Shown here: one piece after another, positions 54,927 through 64,000 of the stretch
Layout of the letters: every line of letters begins with the position of its first letter
How positions within the stretch are numbered: position 1 is the stretch's first letter
From: Octopus sinensis
Lineage: Eukaryota
Assembly: GCF_006345805.1 (NCBI RefSeq)
Contig: NC_043002.1
Span: 114,948,001 to 115,012,000, forward strand
Length of the DNA: 64,000 bases
Direction of reading: 5' to 3'
Notes under the pieces: generated by a model
What the model was told of the DNA's origin: nothing
Database searches by the model: none
Seen by the model: the letters and a program-made list of their open reading frames with translations, nothing else
Position numbers and translations under genes: made by a program

Positions 54927-55065
54927 CAATGTGAAACGCGTCCATAACTGTATAGAAAACACTATTACAGATAAATGTGGCAAAGATGCCGGAAAGCTGG
55001 TTGAGTATTTGCTCACTCCTATGATAATGAAAAGTGCACAGTGTGTTCTAAAAGACCCAGTAACG
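54927..55065 (+). CDS. Exon D of the cysteine-rich protein
   Basis: ttcctctgttcttctggtttcAG acceptor and GTAAGT donor; 139 nt, phase 2 to phase 0; NVKRVHNCIENTITDKCGKDAGKLVEYLLTPMIMKSAQCVLKDPVT. The terminal exon was not confidently located. Confidence 0.88.
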
Positions 55066-55175
55066 GTAAGTAGAAGAAAATCAATCATATTAGTTTATAT
55101 CAATAAACATACATACATACATACAAATATGTGTGTGTGTGTGCGTGCATGTGTGTGTGTGCGTGCGTGCGTGCG

Positions 55176-55210
<35 letters not shown>

Positions 55211-55986
55211 GTGCATGTGTGATGGGCTCCCCCGACGCATAACTCACTGAAATTGACTGGATTATACATTGTTTCTTCACTTGTCTTGCCATTTAAAGAC
55301 AAAAATTATCGCTGTCAATTTGAATGGTACAATTGGTCTTCGCTCATTTCAATGGCATGCAGTTTTACACTCGGCCATCTGCAGTTGTCTATCTGTGCCT
55401 TTGTTTAGGCTCAGAGTTCCGGCTACTTCCGGCTAGCGGGACACAAGATATTGAAGTACTTGAGCCCCAGAATGTTGTATGCCAATGAGCCGAGTTTGTA
55501 GAACTTACTGCCATCGTAAAGAAGAGAATTTATTTGCTATGACTCACACTACAGCAAGAGGCATATTTGGCTTCTGAACCTGCGTAGACGTATTTAGAGC
55601 AAATATGTAAATTTACGTTCCACATCTCTCTGAACACGGTTCAATTAACAGTTTTTAGTGCTCTGCTATTAAAGTTATCCAAATTTTTTTCAATTATTTC
55701 ATTTCAGAAGTAAATAATCAGACAATCTCATTATTATCACTTCTCATGTGCAATATTCAACTAAAACATGAAAATCACAAGTGCTAGGTCTCACTATCAT
55801 AACTATCGTGGTAACCATGTAATTGTAAAAGGGATAAGTCTGTTTCCTAAATGAAGCGAAAACGTGTTTTAGTTTTGGGTAGTTTCGTGACCTTTGCATG
55901 ATACAGCTACATGCCGAGGTGATAGGAGTATGAAATGGGTAAATACTATATTTACTCTTTATTTTCTCCTCACCTCTTTCTCTTCC

Positions 55987-56024
<38 letters not shown>

Positions 56025-57698
56025 CTCACACACACACACATACTGAGAACTCGTTTTGTTACTCTGAATTATCAAGGTACGTAACTCACCCAGGATCATC
56101 TGAAGTACCCTACAACTCAGATCGTGCGCTTGCGAATTAACATGTGGACCTATTTTCATTTTTACCTAATTCTTCAATTTGCAAAAAAAAAAAAAATCAA
56201 ACTAATATTTACTACTCTGCAAGAAAATAGACAGAAGTTTTAGAGGTTGACATTTCTGTTCATAAAATATCAGGTGAAGTGTTTGTTGTGGAATTTTGAA
56301 CTACATCACATAAGTTTCGAGGTTGATCACATGAGTATCTATCTGCATCAAGTTAGTTCATAAGTACACGATCTGAGATACCTGCAAGTACTGTAAACGT
56401 TTCCCAACATCCAAGGACTAAATTTCTGACAAAAGAAAAATGGTTTTCTTGTTTCCAATCCTGTTTGTTAGAGCAGTAAATAAAGTTCCTTGTAGTATTT
56501 CCTTCTGGTCATTTATATCTTGAGTTCAAAGTTTTGTTTCGATTTTCAATGTTTCAGAAAGTACCCCTTAAAAACCGTAGTCGAGATATTGAACTGTTAT
56601 CTCTACCGAAATTTCTATCCTTGGTGCCAGTGAAAGAAAATCAATATCACATCAGTTGTGATTATGAATGAAGGAGTGTCATAAAGTGACTTTTGCCATT
56701 TCTTCCTCAGATTTATCAAAAGCAGAATCTTGTAATCAACTTCATTCTGATCTCTCACTCAATACACTGGAGTTGGAGCTGATAAATAACCTCAGCACAC
56801 CTTATTTAACATTCTCTTTAACAAATTCTGCTCTGAATACAATAACCGGCAGTCTATATATTTCAGAAATAGCATACGTCGGTTTTTGTAACAAATTTTC
56901 TCTTCAGAAATCTTTGTTTCATCTCTGCTTTACCGTTGTTCCGTAACATTCGATTACGTGAAGTCCCTGCTTCTCGCAACTCAAAATAAGTTCATTATGT
57001 ATATATTAATGTGCTAAGTCTTTCATCCACTCGCTTATGTTGAGATGGTAAACTCTACCGTTAATGAAAATAGAAAATTGGTTGACATGAAATATTTATC
57101 TGAATTTGCACTTCATGAATATTATATTTAAATCACACCGATACCAGCAGATGACAATCTTATAAAATACATCTAGTTGCTGTCATCTTAGCCAACATTT
57201 AGTTCTAATAATATTTTGTTTCTTTTCTATTGTGTTATTATTTATCTACAAAGAGTGATAAATATCAAATATAGAGGTTTCAAATTTGCCACAGATGTAA
57301 ATGATATTTTTAACGCTGAGAGGATGCAAAAGAACTGAGACTGATTACTATTGGTCGGTTCAATGGACTAATAGACTTATATCTCCAGTTCTGTGAAAAA
57401 TCAATCCCCGAGATAAACTATTACTAAATGTGACTACAAGTTTCTCGATATATTGCCTCAAAAGACAGCACTCGATAAAATCTGGCACTCTAATATTAGG
57501 ATATAAAATAGAAGAAGCTATGAAATGTGAATTATTCAACCGTTAGTTGTATCTTCTTTCACTCTATTGCAGCTATTCAATAGAAAAGAAAGCAGACTCT
57601 CTACCGGAAATGATTAGATTTTTCGGGAGAGAAATATAAAAAATTTAATTTAATAATATCCAGTGTTCATTAATATCTCAAGTGAAAAAAAATGCACA

Positions 57699-58058
57699 TA
57701 GGCGCAGGAGTGGCTGTGTGGTAAGTAGCTTGCTAACCAACCTAATGGTTCCGGGTTCAGTCCCACTGCATGGCATCTTGGGCAAGTGTCTTCTGCTGTA
57801 GCCCGGGCCGACCAATTTGGTAGACGGAAACTGAAAGAAGCCTGTCGTATATATGTACATATATATATATATGCATGTGTTGTGTGTGTTTGCGTGTCTG
57901 TCTTTGTCCCCTTAGTATTGCTTGACAACCGATGCTGGTGTGTTTACAACCGATAGAATAAGTACTGGGTTTACAAAGAATAAGTCCCGGCGTCGATGTG
58001 CTCGACTAAAGGCGGTGCTCCAGCATGGCCACAGTCAAATGACTGAAACAAGTAAAAA
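57699..58058 (+). mobile_element. SINE family B, young, with two internal deletions
   Basis: Very similar to 61638-62048. Confidence 0.9.
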
Positions 58059-58387
58059 GAGTATACACACATACTCACATAATTCGATATATTCATATTT
58101 TACCAATATGACTACGGTGTTTGAAAAGTTTATAGTCACTAAGATTCATCAGTAAAGGAATGTTTAAGCGATGCAGATTGGTCTAGAGAGATTTACACAG
58201 AGAAAAAGAGTCGGTAAAGGAGAAGGGAATAAAGAGTTATGACACTATGGATGTAAACACACCACTAGGCCATAAATGACGTCACTGGAGCATAGGATAC
58301 ATGCGTTTCTGCGCTGTTAGTCTTCATCAGCTACGGATATTGAGCCGTCGTTCAAGGCCACTAGGAGTTGGTCACTCTTATATTAGA

Positions 58388-58780
58388 ATCTTTTCTACTC
58401 TAGGCACAAGGCCCGACATTTTGAGGGGAGGGGGCCCAGTCGATTAGATCGACCTCTGTACACAACTGGTTCTTAATTTATCGACCCTGGAAGGATGAAA
58501 GGCAAAGTCGACCTCGGCGGAATTTGAACTCAGAACGTAGCGGCAGACGAAATACCTATTTCTTTACTACCCACAAGGGGCTAAACACAGAGGGGACAAA
58601 CAAGGACAGACAAACGGATTAAGTCGATTATATCGACCCCAGTGTGTAACTGGTATTTATTTAATCGACCCCGAAAGGATGAAAGGCAAAGTGGACCTCG
58701 GCGGAGTTTGAATTCAGAACTTAGCAGCAGACGAAATACCGCTAAGCATTTCACCCGGCGTGCTAACGTTTCTGCCAGAA
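58388..58780 (-). mobile_element. SINE family A dimer (tail 1 then tail 2)
   Basis: Junction gaaatacctatttc at about 58551-58564. Confidence 0.9.
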
Positions 58781-59604
58781 TAACAAACGGTGCATTTCCT
58801 GATGTCCAAGATCTTTTATTAAGCTGGCATAAATTCATTAAAGGTGTACTTGTCTATAAGAAGAATTTTCATCTTTATAGGCAGCTTGTGCAATGTATTC
58901 TCTTTCCATTTCCGAGTGTTAAATATGGCTGTACATATTATGCGTGTATGTGTCTGTGTGTGTGTGTGTGTGTGTGTACGTACGTATGTAAAGTATAAAA
59001 ATTGTTTTCACAAGAGAGATAATCATTTTTTAACCGGTTTTAGTTATTTTGAGCTAATCAAATAACAATGTTGGCTTTTACAATACGGCATAGATTTTCC
59101 TTTCCTTTCAGTCACATGTCTGTTTTCGTGTTTATTTCACACATCTTGCTGATGCCTTTGAATGGGGACCATGTCATTCCATAAGAAAGAACGCAACTGA
59201 TGATTGAGGGGTTAACTTCTCTTATTCGTGTTCGTGATAACTAGTACGAAAGCATAAATTTCTTCGCAATTTTTGAGGATTTAGTCGGTGACATATGAAG
59301 TGTTTGGAGGATAATGCATTTAAATAGAGATATAGTTTGCAAGATCCGTCGTTTGTTGTTTGCACATTACATATAATTTTAGTCAGTAATTTACGAACTC
59401 CTGCATATGATATATATGCATATATCTACATCTGCATCCTTTCAAACAACTATACATATGGACATACGTTTGTGAATTTCAAAAATATTTTCAGTTATTA
59501 AAAACTAAGTTAAAATATGGCATTTCAACTTGTCTATAAAACTATTCAAAGTGAAGAAATATTTTAGGAGAAAAAAAACAAAATGGATGTTCAAGAATAT
59601 ATCC

Positions 59605-59606
<2 letters not shown>

Positions 59607-59674
<68 letters not shown>

Positions 59675-59790
59675 GGATGGATGGATGGATGGATGGATGG
59701 ATGGATGGATGGATGGATGGATGGATGGACGGACGGACGGACAGATGGACGGACGGACGGACGGACGGGTGCACGGACGGATGGGTGGAC
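59607..59790. repeat. Compound tetranucleotide microsatellite GATA/GATG/GACG/GACA
   Basis: Seen directly. Confidence 0.95.
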
Positions 59791-60059
59791 AGACAGACAG
59801 AAATGTGTATCCTTAAGCAATGGCACTAAGTTATGTATATGTACGTCTACATTTATTTACACATTTCTCTGTGAATGTGGACTACAGTAATTTCTGGATG
59901 ATTTCGTTTGTAGTGAATGTATTTATTTGTTCTTTTAGCTTATCATTTCTGATTTGTTAGAGCAAAAGTAATGGAAATGTACGCATAACTTTATAATTAA
60001 CTCATATAGGTCGCTCAAATAGCACATGTTAGTAGATCAATTTTTCTTTTGTTCATAGT

Positions 60060-60398
60060 CGCAGACGTGGCTGTGAGGTAAGAAGCTTGCTTTCCAACCA
60101 CATCGTTCCGGATTCTGACCTTATGCAAGTGTTTTCTTCAAATAGCCTCGTGCCGACCAAAGCCTTCTGAGTGGATTTGGTAGGCGGAAACTGAAAGGCG
60201 TTCGTCATGTACATGTGTGTGTGTGTCTGTATTTGCCCCCACCATCGCTTGACATTCGGTGTGTTTACGTCCCCGTAATTTTATGCTTCAGCAAAAGAAA
60301 TAATAAGAATTTGGTTCGATTTGTTCGACTAAAATCCTACAAGGTGGTGCCCAGCATGGCTGCAGTCAAATGACTAAAACAAATGAAAGATAAAAGAT
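60060..60398 (+). mobile_element. SINE family B, diverged
   Basis: Head boxes and tail recognisable. Confidence 0.82.
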
Positions 60399-60479
60399 AA
60401 CTGTACTCAACGCAATTCCCTCCACAAGCAATTCATTGGCACCATCGTTGATCTCAAGTTAATCGACTTTGAAAGAATT

Positions 60480-60800
60480 CAGATGTACACTATAGTATCT
60501 ACTTCTTCGTTGCCATTTTCATCTCACCTGTGTTATCAAATCATTGTCCACAAAGACTGTTTTTTGTTGGCTCGAACAGGTGGAGCAGATGAGAGACCAT
60601 TGGCCAGTCCAATTTTCCGATTGCCTGATTGCATTTGGTTGCACATTCTGAAGGTGAATCTGCAGAATGGGGAGAGTCATTTAAGAAACATTTCCAATTC
60701 TCTAATAGACATTTATGGAAGCTGACGACATACGTTAATTTAGATTGTTTATATACTTGCACTCCAAGGTATGCCATGGTAAAATTTGCAGGCAACTTTT
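60480..60800 (-). mobile_element. Very old mariner transposase remnant
   Basis: WKCFLNDSPHSA..HLFEPTKNSLCGQ resembles the HDNARPH..HLFGPLK region. Confidence 0.35.
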
Positions 60801-61086
60801 GTTCCCATCGTAATGTCAGATATTTGTAAATTCAATTTGCAAAAAATATTTTGTAGGATATTCATTCTACAAAATATACTCTCTACAAATTTAAGAAATA
60901 CAACTACCACTCCATGCAAATAATGTAGCTTACCTCTTCATATGTGTGAATTAATCATCTTAAAAACTGTCTCGTGTACATACACACACGCAAACACACG
61001 CAGACATGCACACAAAACATATACACACACAAACACATGCATATACACATACAAATATCTATGTATCTATGTATGCGTGTGTATAT

Positions 61087-61124
<38 letters not shown>

Positions 61125-61637
61125 CAAAACAATAAGAGAAAATCCACTATGTGGACGCTCTAATGCTAGCTATAGATCCGCAAAGGGAATCCACCACCAA
61201 GAAAATGTTCTCAAGAATTAATTCAACGCACCAAGAACGTAAGCGAGCAGAACAAATGAAAATTAACGAAAAAATAGATTAACTCTATACAATTGTTTCA
61301 TCGTTAATAAATTATGCAATTTTACTTACATAAGTATTTTCGAATCGTCAGTAGAGTACATCAAAATATAATTTGTCGAACTGTACGGCAAAATCCACAC
61401 GAGGTTGGACAGAGGCGAAATAGTACGGCCGATTATATTCATAGTTACATTCAAATGCCCTCGTTCTGGTGCGCTAAATCGCCGGATATAAATACTGCAT
61501 AAGTAATTTACTGCCGGTTTGAGAACATATTAATTTATAATTAAAGTCAAAATAAGGGTGAAAAAATTGAATATTAATTAATAACATCAATTTTAACACC
61601 AAGTGGCCTGATTTTATATATATATATATATATATAT

Positions 61638-62048
61638 AGGCGCAGGAGTGGCTGTGTGGTAAGTAGCTTGCTAACCAACCACATGGTTCCGGGTTCAGTC
61701 CCACTGCGTGGCATCTTGGGCAAGTGTCTTCTGCTATAGCCCCGGGCCGACCAATGCCTTGTGAGTGGATTTGGTAGACGGAAACTGAAAGAAGCCTGTC
61801 GTATATATGTGCATATATGTATATATATATGTATGTGTGTGTTTGTGTGTCTGTGTTTGTCCCCCTAGCATTGCTTGACAACCGATGCTGGTGTGTTTAC
61901 GTCCCCGTCACTTAGCGGTTCGACAAAAGAGACCGATAGAATAAGTACTGGGCTTACAAAGAATAAGTCACGGGGTCGATTTGCTCGACTAAAGGCGGTG
62001 CTCCAGCATGGCCGCAGTCAAATGACTGAAACAAGTGAAAAAAATAAG
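61638..62048 (+). mobile_element. SINE family B, full length
   Basis: ggcgcaggagtggctgtgtggtaag..ggttcagtccc..gactgaaacaag. Confidence 0.93.
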
Positions 62049-62364
62049 AAAAAATATATATATATATATATATAAAATAATAATAATAATTATTATTATT
62101 ATTATTATTATTATATTCTTTTATCTAGTCATAAGCACAGAGTGAAGTATGTACTGGGTTACACTTATATTAAATTTTATAAACCCGAGCAATGCTTCAG
62201 AGAACCCAAGTAAAACCCAAACTAAGCCACTCGCGTATAGCTAATTTTTGTCGACATTTCAATATTCACTATTATTTTGTTTTGAAAATGGAATATTGTT
62301 CATATCAGATTATAAAAAATGGATAAATTACTAGGTCTTACTTTCTTTAATATAAAAAAGCCAT

Positions 62365-62590
62365 CTAAGGTGGTGAGCTGGCAGTCGTTAGTAGGCGGGG
62401 CGAAATGTTTAGCGGCATTTCCTTCGTCTTTATGTTCTTAGTTCAAATTCTACCGAGGTCGACTTTGCTTTTATCCCTTTCGGGATTGAGAAAATAAGTA
62501 CCAGTTGAGCGCTGGGGTCGATGTATTCGACAAGCTTCTTTCCCCGAACTTGCTGGCATTTTGCCAAAATTTGAAACCAATATAATAATG
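62365..62590 (+). mobile_element. SINE family A monomer (tail type 2)
   Basis: ggtgagctggcag head and gttcaaattc B-box. Confidence 0.85.
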
Positions 62591-64000
62591 TTATTAGATC
62601 AGGTAGGGAGTATATGTAGCACCGACAGAAATGTTCTAGATATAACAATCTACAAAAACAGAAAAGTACATACATCGCTCAGTGAAGTGCATAGTATATG
62701 TGGACATTTCAAATGTATTTCTCATCAGTAAAGTAAAATGAATGAAAGGCAGCAAAAGAGAAACAGCCAAAGATAATGGGGAGGTGAGAAAATCTGTGTA
62801 CACAGACTTCGTTAGATCATTGAATTATAGAGAAAGACCTCATTAAACACAGACATACAGTTATTTAGCCTAAAACTAATACAAGATCAGAGGAGCAATC
62901 CATATTTATTTATCACCAAAAATGAAAAGAGGAAGGGGTGTTTAGAAGTAAATTTTTTCCTCTTTTCCATTTACGAGACTATGATTAAGGTAAATGGCAC
63001 TTTAGACTGGAAAAGGTCTGGTAATCTCAGGAAATATTTTACTTGCTGCAGAGTTTTGTGTTCTCTTTATTTTTTAGTTTGTTTATTTTTATTTGTTTTT
63101 TGTTTGTTCTTGCTATAAAGGCTGTGTTAGGAATATAAATCCATAAGTGCTGCTATACGAATTAACTACTGAAAAGCAATTGAAGTGTTACAAAAGCAAT
63201 GCCCTGAAATTTAATACCGTAAAAATATTCCTGTTAATGAAACAAAGAATATCATGAAAACCTAAATTGCTGCAACTTGTTTGTACAATTCACGTCATTA
63301 TAAGCCAAAAACATGACACTCGTGGGAGGATTGTAAACTTTCTCTTGATCCAGTAATTTGCAATACGAAGAGAATTTCAGGAAATTGTGTGTAGTGGGTT
63401 TATAGAAAAGAATGCAAGAAATTATTATATGTGACAGAATAATAATGTCAACATTCACTTGAAAATTGCTAATAGATTTTAAAACACTAGATGCTTAGAT
63501 ATACTAAATATATTTGCAGGGGAAAAGACCTTCATCATAAAATTAGTTGTGTTTAGACATGCAATTATTATCTGTCATCCATTCACTCGTTGCCATGCGC
63601 ATTTAATCACTAACACACATATAAATTAAGTCAAGTACATATGGGTAATTGAAAGCTATTCTGTAAACGCACTAGACCAGTAAATATACACCAGGGCCCA
63701 CCACTTATTGCCACAGAAACGAAACCAGTGTTATTTGTCTTGGATAAAGGTTTCTCATAAAATGCTAAAAGTCCCGAAGAATCGTCGGAGTGGAACATGG
63801 TGAAATAACAGAATGAAAAAGTATCACTGTTTTGCCATTTTTTAACTTGGCGCAACTTCAGACGGCCATAACTTCTTAATTAATCAAGATAATCCAAAAC
63901 AAAGAACAAGTAAAAGTGTTTTAAATGAGTTACCCCCCTATTTCCGTAAGTCCACAATAAAATTGTTTGACACAGGATAAAATATATAACTCCTAATCCC

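Noticed and set aside
55409-55501. Phase-0 terminal exon AQSSGYFRL..EPSL* after exon D
   Set aside because: The acceptor is plausible, but the peptide has no supporting features and other acceptors are equally possible; left unresolved.
56560-56960. Possible decayed retroelement coding remnant
   Set aside because: Multiple stops and no motif I could assign with confidence.
58291-58336. Minus-strand CTGATGAA..GAAAC-GCAT-GTA hammerhead
   Set aside because: The core and stem III fit, but stem II cannot pair and stem I is out of register; at most a decayed relic.

Overview
AT-rich, microsatellite-dense eukaryotic genomic DNA. The SINE, mariner and Penelope families resemble those I recall from Octopus or another coleoid cephalopod (inference). 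There are no prokaryotic features and no CRISPR array. The window is almost entirely intronic. Four phase-compatible + strand exons (4625-4778, 41718-41857, 52756-52885, 54927-55065) splice into a 188-aa cysteine-rich peptide built from an internally duplicated two-exon module; the intron between the first two is about 37 kb. The introns hold two tRNA-derived SINE families (many copies, dimers, TSDs), mariner/Tc1 relics, MITEs, Dong/R4-, RTE- and CR1/L2-like LINE fragments, a non-autonomous Helitron and a Naiad-like Penelope RT. The most notable signals are several hammerhead-ribozyme motifs and several long fold-back palindromes. One palindrome has 315-bp arms and carries a canonical GUC hammerhead with an unusually long stem II on each strand. 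All structures were read by eye. Repeat boundaries are approximate; exon, TSD and ribozyme coordinates were counted.
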